The notes beneath the pieces are model-generated. The model was not told the DNA's origin. It ran no database searches and saw only the letters and a list, made by a program, of their open reading frames with translations. From Edaphocola sp. (lineage in GTDB: Bacteria; Bacteroidota; Bacteroidia; Chitinophagales; Chitinophagaceae), in NCBI GenBank assembly GCA_035444785.1, contig DAOMPL010000005.1, forward strand, positions 34,289-98,288: DNA of 64,000 bases, given 5' to 3'. Numbering within the stretch: the stretch's first letter is position 1; the number at the start of each line of letters is the position of its first letter. A program made the position numbers and the translations under genes. Positions 29,674-37,761 of this stretch are shown piece by piece.

Positions 29674-30279
29674 ATGAATAAAATAAGTATAGACAAGTTT
29701 GGAACAATAGGGCTTTTCTTAACGGCAATATTTTCACCTTGTTGTTTTCCCCTATTTGCTTTCGTTGCATCTGCGTTGGGATTGGGAAGTTTTGAACTTT
29801 TCGGAGGATGGACAATGTGGGTTTTTCAAGCAATGGTTTTGGTAAGTATTACCGGGCTAATCATCTCTTACTTAAAACATCGTTGTTTGTATCCACTTTT
29901 AGTGGCCCTTCTAAGCGGTCTTTTGATTTTTTATGGTTATTATTTTAACGATACTGACTATTGGATATACTTTCTTTATGCTGGAATGTTCGGTCTTTTG
30001 GTAGCTACTTTTTGGAATTACAAACAAAACAAAAAGCACGGTTCTTGTAAATCTTGCACCACATACAATGGGAAAACGGTAGAACTTACCTCAACAATTA
30101 CCTGCCCATATTGTGGACACAAGAAGACCGAGACTATGCCTACTAATGCTTGTACGTACTTTTATTACTGTGAAAATTGTAAAACACAAATTAAACCATT
30201 ACAAGGAGACTGTTGTGTGTATTGTAGCTATGGAACCGTAAAATGTCCTCCGATTCAAGCTGATAAAAACTGTTGTTAA
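29674..30279 (+). CDS. MerC-like membrane protein fused to a C-terminal GDCCVxC zinc-ribbon-like domain
   Basis: 201 aa. Four predicted TM helices, with SPCCFPLFAFVASALGLG in TM1 (MerC-like). The soluble tail has CKSC...CPYCG...YYCENC...GDCCVYCSYGTVKCPP and ends ...DKNCC. Confidence 0.65.
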   Translation: MNKISIDKFGTIGLFLTAIFSPCCFPLFAFVASALGLGSFELFGGWTMWVFQAMVLVSITGLIISYLKHRCLYPLLVALLSGLLIFYGYYFNDTDYWIYFLYAGMFGLLVATFWNYKQNKKHGSCKSCTTYNGKTVELTSTITCPYCGHKKTETMPTNACTYFYYCENCKTQIKPLQGDCCVYCSYGTVKCPPIQADKNCC

Positions 30280-30302
30280 TATGGAAGACATTATTACACA
30301 AA

Positions 30303-30539
30303 ATGATAAAGAAAATTATTGTGATTTGTAGCAATAACTGTTGCAGAAATCAAATAGCCGAAGGTTATTTACGATATTTCTCAGAAAACAAAGCAGCCGT
30401 TTACAGTGCTGGGGTTGAAACACACGGAGTAACCGCAAAAACTAGCATGACTATGTAAGAAGAAATTAACAAACAGTTTTAACAAGTAATACAACCAATC
30501 AAAGACTATTGCAAACAGTTTGTAGCGAAAAATTTGTAA
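30303..30539 (+). pseudogene. arsC: Relic of LMW-PTP-type arsenate reductase ArsC (internal deletion plus in-frame stops)
   Basis: MIKKIIVICSNNCCRNQIAEGYLRYF...VYSAGVETHGV keeps the CX5R loop but stops after 51 codons. The same frame continues *EEINKQF*QVIQPIKDYCKQFVAKNL*, resembling an ArsC C-terminus. That is 79 codons in total against about 135 expected. Confidence 0.7.
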
Positions 30540-30586
30540 ACAGAACCTTAGCAGTCAAGCAACGAATGATATTAAAACAAAACAAA

Positions 30587-31039
30587 ATGACCAATAGCAT
30601 AACAATTAGAGCCTATAAAACAGATGACAAAATTGCTGTATTAAATTTAATTAGATTAAATACCCCAAAATATTTTGCACCAGAAGAGGAAGAAGACTTA
30701 AAAAAATATTTAGAAAGTAAAAGAGAACTTTATTATGTATTAGAATGTGACGAAAAAATAGTTGGTTGCGGCGGCATTAATTTTTCTGACGATAAAACAA
30801 TAGCCAAAATTAGTTGGGATATATTTCATCCTGACTACCAAGGTCAATCTTTGGGAACAAATCTACTGAAACACAGATTAGAAATAATTAAATCAAAAGA
30901 CAACATCAAAAAAATCACTGTTAGAACTTCACAAGTTGCCTTCCTATTCTACGAAAAGAATGGTTTTGAATTATTTGAAATTAAAAAAAATTATTGGGCA
31001 GAAGGATTTGACCTTTACAATATGGAATTCAAACAATGA
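30587..31039 (+). CDS. GNAT family N-acetyltransferase
   Basis: Start at MTNSITIRAYK (ATG 30587). YQGQSLGTNLLKHRLEIIK acetyl-CoA motif and ...FYEKNGFE. Confidence 0.75.
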   Translation: MTNSITIRAYKTDDKIAVLNLIRLNTPKYFAPEEEEDLKKYLESKRELYYVLECDEKIVGCGGINFSDDKTIAKISWDIFHPDYQGQSLGTNLLKHRLEIIKSKDNIKKITVRTSQVAFLFYEKNGFELFEIKKNYWAEGFDLYNMEFKQ

Positions 31040-31075
31040 TATTAATATTAATAAATGAAGCACTAAGCCACCATT

Positions 31076-31765
31076 TTACAGCAAGCCTTCATCTTTAAAG
31101 CTAGTATAAGAATTTTCGGCAACGATAATATGGTCTAACAGTTCTATGTCGAAGAAAGCGGTTGCTTCTTTGATTCTTTGTGTCAGACTAATATCTGCAT
31201 TAGAAGGTTTTAAATTTCCGGATGGATGATTATGTGCAACAATTATTTTACTAGATAAATTTTGCAAAGCATTCCGCATTAATATCTTTAAATCTACGAC
31301 AGATGCCGTTAAACTACCATGACTAATAAATTCGTGAGCAATCAATCGATGGGAAAAGTTTAAGTAAAGCACCAAAAACTTCTCTGTTTCTAAATCTTGT
31401 AGCATAGGAATAATAAATTTGGCAACCTCTAAACTTGAATCAAACTTTGCTCTATCCAATGTTTCAGTCGAAGCTCTACGTCGTCCTATTTCTAATGCAG
31501 CAGCCAAAGTAACAGCTTTTGCCCTACCTATTCCTTTTACTTCTTGTAATTGCTTGAGATTAAATCTACTCAAAACATGGATATTGTTCTGGGCTTTATC
31601 CATTAGCTCCTTTGCCAAATCAACTGCCGATTTATTTTTAGAGCCGGTGTTTATTAATATTCCTAACAATTCGGAATCAGAAAGAGCGGCAACACCTTTC
31701 AATTCCATCTTTTCTCTGGGACGGTCATCTTCTGCCCATTGCTTTATCGATTTAAAGTGTTCCAT
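31076..31765 (-). CDS. radC: RadC-like JAB domain protein (UPF0758)
   Basis: 229 aa. N-terminal RPREKM...LSDSELLGILI, an HhH region, and the JAMM motif VAHNHPSGNLKPSNAD. Confidence 0.85.
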   Translation of the reverse strand: MEHFKSIKQWAEDDRPREKMELKGVAALSDSELLGILINTGSKNKSAVDLAKELMDKAQNNIHVLSRFNLKQLQEVKGIGRAKAVTLAAALEIGRRRASTETLDRAKFDSSLEVAKFIIPMLQDLETEKFLVLYLNFSHRLIAHEFISHGSLTASVVDLKILMRNALQNLSSKIIVAHNHPSGNLKPSNADISLTQRIKEATAFFDIELLDHIIVAENSYTSFKDEGLL

Positions 31766-31776
31766 AAGCCATATAT

Positions 31777-32877
31777 TTAATTGATTTTATATCTTTTTCC
31801 CGGCAAAGAACTTATCGCATTTGAAAATTCTAGCTGTAATAGCAAATTGGCCAATTCTGTATTATTTAATCCTGTTTTTATTTGCAATTCATCTACATGG
31901 GTCATTTCTTTTTCTTCTAATACTTTAATGATATCCATTTCATTTTTAGAAAAATCAGTAAACAACTTTTGTTGCCAAACTTTTTTCTCTAAAGGCTTTT
32001 CTTCCCAATTCAAATACTGAACTAAGTCGATGGTTTCTGTTATTAGTTGTGCAATATTGGTTTTTATCAAATAATTACAACCTCTGGAGCGGTTATCATT
32101 AAATCTCCCGGGCAATGCAAACACTTCTCTATTATAGGACAGAGCAAGTTTTGCGGTAATCATGGCACCACCTTTTATATCAGTTTCTATTACAATCGTT
32201 GCATCACACAAACCGGCTACTATCCTATTTCTTGAAGGAAAATTTGGTTTATCGGGTATGGTTTTGCTACAATACTCTGTAAGCAAACCTCCATTTTCAA
32301 GCATAGACACAGCCGTTTTCCTATGCACTGATGGATAAATCATATCAAGACCATGAGCTAAAACTCCAATAGTGGGCAAGCCTGCTTCCACTGCGGCTTT
32401 ATGGGCAATGATGTCTATGCCATAAGCTAGGCCACTCACTATAGTTGGCTGATACACTTTTAACTCATCAATCAATTGCTCTGTAAATTCTTTTCCAATA
32501 GTTGTATTATTTCTTGACCCCACAATTGCTATCATCCGCTTTGCATCAAGCTGCATATTTCCTTTGGAATAAAGCACAATAGGACAATCAGGAATTTGTT
32601 TTAATCTTTCCGGAAATGTATCAGATAAATAACCATAGACATTAATATTATTCTTTTGAATAAATTCAAGCTCAGCCATTGCCCACTTTTCGTCAAATCT
32701 TTTTTTCAGACCGGCGATACTGACCACATCTAAACCTTCTACCATTTTCAATTCCTTAGAAGTAGCTTTAAACACAGCTTCGGCACTACCAAAATGCTCT
32801 AGTAGCTTCCTGCCCCGAACATCACCGATGCCATTAATCCGTGTTAATCCTAATAGATAAAATAAATCTTTTTCCAT
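31777..32877 (-). CDS. dprA: DNA-processing protein DprA
   Basis: 366 aa. IAIVGSRN...SGLAYGIDIIAHKAA...GRFNDNRSRGCNYLIK are typical DprA Rossmann-fold motifs. A C-terminal wHTH-like extension is present. Confidence 0.9.
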   Translation of the reverse strand: MEKDLFYLLGLTRINGIGDVRGRKLLEHFGSAEAVFKATSKELKMVEGLDVVSIAGLKKRFDEKWAMAELEFIQKNNINVYGYLSDTFPERLKQIPDCPIVLYSKGNMQLDAKRMIAIVGSRNNTTIGKEFTEQLIDELKVYQPTIVSGLAYGIDIIAHKAAVEAGLPTIGVLAHGLDMIYPSVHRKTAVSMLENGGLLTEYCSKTIPDKPNFPSRNRIVAGLCDATIVIETDIKGGAMITAKLALSYNREVFALPGRFNDNRSRGCNYLIKTNIAQLITETIDLVQYLNWEEKPLEKKVWQQKLFTDFSKNEMDIIKVLEEKEMTHVDELQIKTGLNNTELANLLLQLEFSNAISSLPGKRYKIN

Positions 32878-32952
32878 TTCACCTTTAAAAATAGAAAAAT
32901 ATATTGAAAATAAAAATAATAGATGAAAATTTTATTTAATTTTGTCCACAAG

Positions 32953-33576
32953 ATGTGTTATCACGTATCCTTTTCAAGTAAGAAAGCGTCAATAAGTCAA
33001 GCCTTAGGGTTTGACTTTTCTGAGGACGATAATAAGATACCTAAAGGTATTTTCAATGCTTTCGACTTCCCGACATTAGCAATAATAACAAATGACCCTA
33101 CACAAAGATTACAATTAGCCGAATGGGGTTTAGTGCCATCATTCACATCTAACAACTTCAATAGAGTCAATACTTTAAATGCAAGAATAGAGCATATTCA
33201 AGAAAAAATTTCTTTTAAAAACAGTTTATCCAATAGATGTATTATTCCCATAAGTTCATTTTTTGAGTGGAAATGGTTGGATGGAAAAGGGAAACAAAAA
33301 CAAAAATTTGAGATAAAAGGTGTTCATGAAATACTGTTACTTGCAGGTATATTTTCAAATATGGGTAATCAACTTTCGTTTACTATTATCACAACACCAG
33401 CTAACGAGCTCATGTCCGAAATTCACAATATAAAGAAAAGGATGCCTTTGATATTAACGGACGACAATAAAAACAAATGGCTTCAAGGTGATGATGTAAA
33501 GCTATTTGAGCATTGTGACCCCGACCTAAATGCTCAAGCTTTAGACTTCCCTAAACAGCAACCTACTTTATTTTAA
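32953..33576 (+). CDS. SOS response-associated peptidase (SRAP/YedK family)
   Basis: Start moved to MCYHVSF (ATG 32953) so that the catalytic Cys is residue 2, as in all SRAP proteins. NARIE, FFEW and PANELMSEIHNIKKRMPLIL motifs are present. Confidence 0.85.
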   Translation: MCYHVSFSSKKASISQALGFDFSEDDNKIPKGIFNAFDFPTLAIITNDPTQRLQLAEWGLVPSFTSNNFNRVNTLNARIEHIQEKISFKNSLSNRCIIPISSFFEWKWLDGKGKQKQKFEIKGVHEILLLAGIFSNMGNQLSFTIITTPANELMSEIHNIKKRMPLILTDDNKNKWLQGDDVKLFEHCDPDLNAQALDFPKQQPTLF

Positions 33577-33616
33577 TTCCATAAGCAATCAACACCCAAA
33601 AATCATAAAAAATAAA

Positions 33617-33856
33617 ATGAAAACAATTACTATTCAGACAAAAGCATTCTTTGAATTAATAAAAAGCAAAGAAATTTCGATGTGGCAACTTTTCGAACAA
33701 ATGATAAATAAAGAAGAAGAACAGCTAATAATTTTTGTAAATGAAGATGAAAAAGAAATTGCACACTATCATTTACCAAAAACAAAAGAGCAACTTTTCT
33801 TAGATCAAAAATCATTTGCAGATATTTTTAAAGAAAAACTAAAATCTTCCTTGTAA
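33617..33856 (+). CDS. Hypothetical small protein (79 aa)
   Basis: ORF only. Codon usage looks like its neighbours. No motif recognised. Confidence 0.35.
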   Translation: MKTITIQTKAFFELIKSKEISMWQLFEQMINKEEEQLIIFVNEDEKEIAHYHLPKTKEQLFLDQKSFADIFKEKLKSSL

Positions 33857-34019
33857 TTTTTAAGAATTTTTCTTGGAATATTCTAAGTATTTTTCAAAAA
33901 TAAGCCGGTTTTAATTCTGATAAAAATAAAAATACATATATTTGCAGAGGATTATTGAATAATCTTAATAAGAAAATGCTCTAGGAGCATTACCCAAATC
34001 CACATTTTTATACAAATTA

Positions 34020-34706
34020 ATGGAATACAACACAGAACGAGGCAAATTAATTATGCCTGAATATGGAAGGAATATCCAAAAAATGGTCAACCACATTCTA
34101 ACCATAGAAGATAAAGAAAAAAGACAAAAAAATGCAGAAGCCGTTATCGAACTAATGGGTGTCTTAAACCCTCATTTAAAAATAATAGACGACTTTAAGC
34201 ATAAATTATGGGATCATATTTTTAGAATTTCTGATTTTAAAATAGAAATAGAATCTCCATACCCCACTCCAACAAAAGAGATTTTGGATAGAAAGCCAGA
34301 ACCCTTACCCTATCCAAAAAAGAATTTAAAAAACCGCCACATAGGACACAACTTAGGGAAACTTATTGAGGATGCCATTAAATGTGAAGATGAAGAAAAG
34401 AAAAAAGCTATGACAAACAGCATCGCTTATTATCTTAAACTATCCTATGCAAATTGGCACAAAGAGCAAGTACAAGATGACCATCTCATAGAAGAAATAA
34501 AAAACTTAAGCAAAGGAGCTTTGGAATTTGACCCTAAAGAGTTTAAAATCCAAAAACATACCGGAAGCTTCAAAAAACATAATGGCAATGCCGGATCTTC
34601 AAATAAGAACAAAAACAATTTTAAAAACAAAGGTTATGGTAGTAATTTTCCGGGAAAAAATAACAAACAACAGCATAACAGGCCATCAAATCAAAAATTT
34701 TCTTAG
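34020..34706 (+). CDS. DUF4290 domain-containing protein
   Basis: The N-terminal MEYNTERGKLIMPEYGRNIQKMV pattern is typical of DUF4290. The C-terminal tail is K/N-rich and low-complexity. Confidence 0.7.
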   Translation: MEYNTERGKLIMPEYGRNIQKMVNHILTIEDKEKRQKNAEAVIELMGVLNPHLKIIDDFKHKLWDHIFRISDFKIEIESPYPTPTKEILDRKPEPLPYPKKNLKNRHIGHNLGKLIEDAIKCEDEEKKKAMTNSIAYYLKLSYANWHKEQVQDDHLIEEIKNLSKGALEFDPKEFKIQKHTGSFKKHNGNAGSSNKNKNNFKNKGYGSNFPGKNNKQQHNRPSNQKFS

Positions 34707-34798
34707 TTTTTTATTCTAAAAATTTGCTTATTAAATTTCTTTAACTATCTTTAGGCTTTCAAATTTTAATTTCAATTTAATAATAGTAACAAATATTT

Positions 34799-35350
34799 AT
34801 GAAACGTATTTTATTGGGTTTATTTAGTGCATTAGCAACCATTTCGGCATTGAGTGTTTCTTCTTGTAAAGTAGATAAATGTAAAGCAATCGTTTGTGCA
34901 AACAATGGCAATTGCGACAAAGACGATGGCAGTTGTGAATGTCCGGTAGGTTTTGAAGGGGAACGTTGCGAAACCGTAACACGTGACCGCTTCATTGGTG
35001 CTTATACTATTGATGAAGATGGTACAGTAAGCAATGTTGCTCGCTATTCTGCATCCATAGAAGCCGGAGCCCAAGTCGATCAAATAAAAATTAGAAATTT
35101 CAATAACCAAACTAATGCTTACGTATATGCTACGGTTAGAGGAGATTCTTTATTTATTGCTTCTCAAAGCTACCAAGTAGGTCAGATTACTAAAACTGTA
35201 GTTGGATATGGTATCATTACTCCAGGTGAAACTACAAATTATTATCAACATGCAACTATCCGTTTGAATTATAGAGTTTCTTCTTCTGATGGTGTAGTAG
35301 ATGATTTTGGCTATCAAGATAGTGGTCAACCTTCTGTATGGGTAAAATAA
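34799..35350 (+). CDS. Lipoprotein with an N-terminal EGF-like module
   Basis: Lipobox LSVSSC, then CKAIVCANNGNCDKDDGSCECPVGFEGERCE. This matches the EGF signature C-x-C-x2-G-F-x-G-x2-C with six Cys. A beta-rich domain follows. Confidence 0.6.
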   Translation: MKRILLGLFSALATISALSVSSCKVDKCKAIVCANNGNCDKDDGSCECPVGFEGERCETVTRDRFIGAYTIDEDGTVSNVARYSASIEAGAQVDQIKIRNFNNQTNAYVYATVRGDSLFIASQSYQVGQITKTVVGYGIITPGETTNYYQHATIRLNYRVSSSDGVVDDFGYQDSGQPSVWVK

Positions 35351-35377
35351 ATAAATCATAATTTTTTTTCATTTTTT

Positions 35378-35415
35378 CACCTTCTTCAAATATTTTTTTG
35401 GAGAAGGTGTTTTTT
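35378..35415 (+). terminator. Rho-independent terminator of the EGF-like lipoprotein gene
   Basis: CACCTTCTTC / GGAGAAGGTG stem with one mismatch, followed by TTTTTT. Confidence 0.55.
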
Positions 35416-35537
35416 CATGTGATGGTATTAAGTAGCTGCAAAAAGATAAGGAAGAAAAAAATTTATTATTTCAAAAAAAAATAAAAAAACTAATCCTCAA
35501 TTCAATTACATTTGTATTTGTATATTCTAATTTATCC

Positions 35538-36269
35538 ATGAAATTAAAAATAATCAAATTTTTTAAAGATGCATTATTGGTATTCCCAATTTTATTTATC
35601 TTTCAACCCTTCACCAAACTATTCAACTTTCTATTTTATTTTAATAAAATGACTTTATGGATACATCGGAATAAGAAAACCATAAAGTTTAACGATTTTT
35701 ATACTCCCAAAAGAGATTATGATAGGCGTTATAAGCTCTATAATTATGTCGCAAATGAATACGCTTTAGAAACCATTCCGATAAGCTACTTTGAGTTCGG
35801 TGTTGCCTCAGGGTTTTCATTTAAATGGTGGCTTTCAAAAAACAACAATCCAGATTCTTCTTTTTACGGATTCGACACTTTTGAAGGCTTGCCCGAAGAA
35901 TGGGGCACCTTTGACAAAGGAGCCATGGCTTTTTCTGTTCCTGAAATTGAGGATAATAGAGGCAGTTTTTTCCCAGGATTATTCCAAGATAGTTTACCTT
36001 CATTTATTTTAAATCATTTAGAGCTGTTAAAAAGTACACACAAAAAAGTAATCCATCTGGATGCCGACTTATATAGTGCAACTATTTTTTCGCTTTCTCA
36101 ATTGTACCCCTACTTGAATAATGGGGACATTATCTTTTTTGACGAATTTAATGTTGCTATGCATGAATTCAAAGCATTTGATGAATTTATTAGCAATTTC
36201 TATATCGATTTAGTTCCAATTGGTGCCGTAAACAATTTTTATCAAATAGCTTTTGTGGTTAACAAATAA
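35538..36269 (+). CDS. Putative TylF/MycF-like class I SAM-dependent methyltransferase
   Basis: 243 aa. FEFGVASGFSF...GFDTFEGLPEEW...IHLDADLYSATIFSLSQLYPYLNNGDIIFFDEF resembles the macrocin-O-methyltransferase fold. The start is uncertain. Confidence 0.5.
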   Translation: MKLKIIKFFKDALLVFPILFIFQPFTKLFNFLFYFNKMTLWIHRNKKTIKFNDFYTPKRDYDRRYKLYNYVANEYALETIPISYFEFGVASGFSFKWWLSKNNNPDSSFYGFDTFEGLPEEWGTFDKGAMAFSVPEIEDNRGSFFPGLFQDSLPSFILNHLELLKSTHKKVIHLDADLYSATIFSLSQLYPYLNNGDIIFFDEFNVAMHEFKAFDEFISNFYIDLVPIGAVNNFYQIAFVVNK

Positions 36270-36360
36270 GTAATTCATTTTCTAGATTAGAATTACTTTT
36301 TAAATTATGTTATGAAAGTCTTATATTTGCATCTTTAAAATAAAAATTAAAAATTTCAAC

Positions 36361-37578
36361 ATGAATTTACATGAATATCAGGCAAAAGAATTGTTAGGAA
36401 GATATAATGTTCCTACCCAAACAGGTGTTGCGGTTGCTACTGCTGATGAAGCCGTTGCAGCTTACAATAAGATTGCAGAAGAATCAGGAAGTAAGTTTGC
36501 AGTAATAAAAGCTCAAATACATGCCGGTGGTAGAGGAAAAGGAACAATGAAAGAAGCACCACAGCAACATGGTGTTCAAGTGGTAAAAAGTGCTGAGCAA
36601 GTGGCCGAAGTCGCTAATAATATTTTAGGAAACACCTTAGTAACCATTCAAACAGGCCCTGCAGGTAAAGTGGTAAACAAATTATATGTGGCTAAAGATA
36701 TGTACTACGATGGTCCTTCTGAGCGTCAAGAGTTTTACCTTTCTATCTTAATGGATCGTGCTACTAAACAAAATGTAATCATGTATTCTACAGAAGGTGG
36801 TATGGACATTGAAACAGTTGCCCATGATACTCCGGAAAAAATTTATAAAGAATATGTAAAACCGGGATACACTTTACAAGGTTTCCAAGCTCGTAATATT
36901 GCTTTTAATCTTGGCTTAAAAGGTGATGCCCAAAAGAATATGGTTAAGTTTGTAACCAATCTTTACAATGCATACATCGGTTTGGATTGTTCTATGTTAG
37001 AAATCAATCCATTGTTTAAAGCCGCCGACGATCAAATCTTGGCTGTGGACTGTAAAATGGATATCGACGAAAATGCCCTAATCCGCCATAAAGATTTAGC
37101 CGAATTAAGAGATATTACAGAAGAAGACCCAACAGAAGTAGAAGCAGGAGAGTTTAACCTAAACTATGTAAAATTAGATGGTAATGTAGGTTGTATGGTA
37201 AATGGTGCCGGATTAGCCATGGCGACCATGGACATGATTAAACTTTCTGGTGGAGAACCAGCTAACTTCTTAGACGTTGGCGGAACTGCTAATGCCCAAA
37301 CTGTAGAGGCAGGATTCAGAATCATCATGAAAGATCCTAATGTAAAAGCTATATTAATTAATATCTTTGGTGGTATCGTTCGTTGTGACCGTGTTGCTTC
37401 CGGAGTTATTGAGGCTTATAAAAACTTAGGTAATATTAATATCCCAATTATTGTCCGTCTTCAAGGAACCAATGCCGTTGAAGCCAAAAAATTAATTGAA
37501 GAATCTGGATTAAAAGTACAATCTGCAATTCTATTAAGCGAAGCTGCAGAATTGGTTCAAAAGGCAGTATCTGCTTAA
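36361..37578 (+). CDS. sucC: Succinate--CoA ligase (ADP-forming) subunit beta
   Basis: 405 aa. MNLHEYQAKELL, ATP-grasp motifs and CMVNGAGLAMATMD. The alpha subunit (sucD) is not adjacent. Confidence 0.95.
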   Translation: MNLHEYQAKELLGRYNVPTQTGVAVATADEAVAAYNKIAEESGSKFAVIKAQIHAGGRGKGTMKEAPQQHGVQVVKSAEQVAEVANNILGNTLVTIQTGPAGKVVNKLYVAKDMYYDGPSERQEFYLSILMDRATKQNVIMYSTEGGMDIETVAHDTPEKIYKEYVKPGYTLQGFQARNIAFNLGLKGDAQKNMVKFVTNLYNAYIGLDCSMLEINPLFKAADDQILAVDCKMDIDENALIRHKDLAELRDITEEDPTEVEAGEFNLNYVKLDGNVGCMVNGAGLAMATMDMIKLSGGEPANFLDVGGTANAQTVEAGFRIIMKDPNVKAILINIFGGIVRCDRVASGVIEAYKNLGNINIPIIVRLQGTNAVEAKKLIEESGLKVQSAILLSEAAELVQKAVSA

Positions 37579-37626
37579 TCTTTTTAAAAGAAACTAATCC
37601 GTTTCAAAACCAAATTTTTTCCAAAA

Positions 37627-37661
37627 ATCGTCATTCTAAATAAGGAGTGACGATTTTTTTT
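37627..37661 (+). terminator. Rho-independent terminator of sucC
   Basis: ATCGTCAT / GTGACGAT stem (8 bp, one G-U pair) followed by TTTTTTTT. Confidence 0.6.
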
Positions 37662-37712
37662 CAATTATTTTTGTTGGAATACTACCCTCTTCTTGATAAT
37701 TGCATCTAACAA

Positions 37713-37744
37713 AAGAGCCGAAAGTGCAAATACTTTCGGCTCTT
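37713..37744 (-). terminator. Terminator hairpin downstream of glnN
   Basis: Perfect 13-bp stem AAGAGCCGAAAGT / ACTTTCGGCTCTT, followed on the minus strand by TTTTGTT. Confidence 0.6.
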
Positions 37745-37761
37745 ACTCTTTTAGAAATATC

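Noticed and set aside
30273-30302. Upstream extension of the arsC relic ORF (MLIWKTLLHK...), which overlaps the MerC-like stop.
   Set aside because: Homology to ArsC begins at MIKKIIVICS (30303), so the extension is a by-product of the open frame.
28448-31062. Possible direct repeat bracketing the ars-like cluster: ATATTGCAATATTAAATAAATGAA upstream of arsR versus ATATTAATATTAATAAATGAA just after the GNAT stop.
   Set aside because: About 21 matched positions with gaps, almost pure A/T, and overlapping a palindrome. I cannot distinguish this from chance similarity in AT-rich intergenic DNA without a statistical test or an empty-site comparison.
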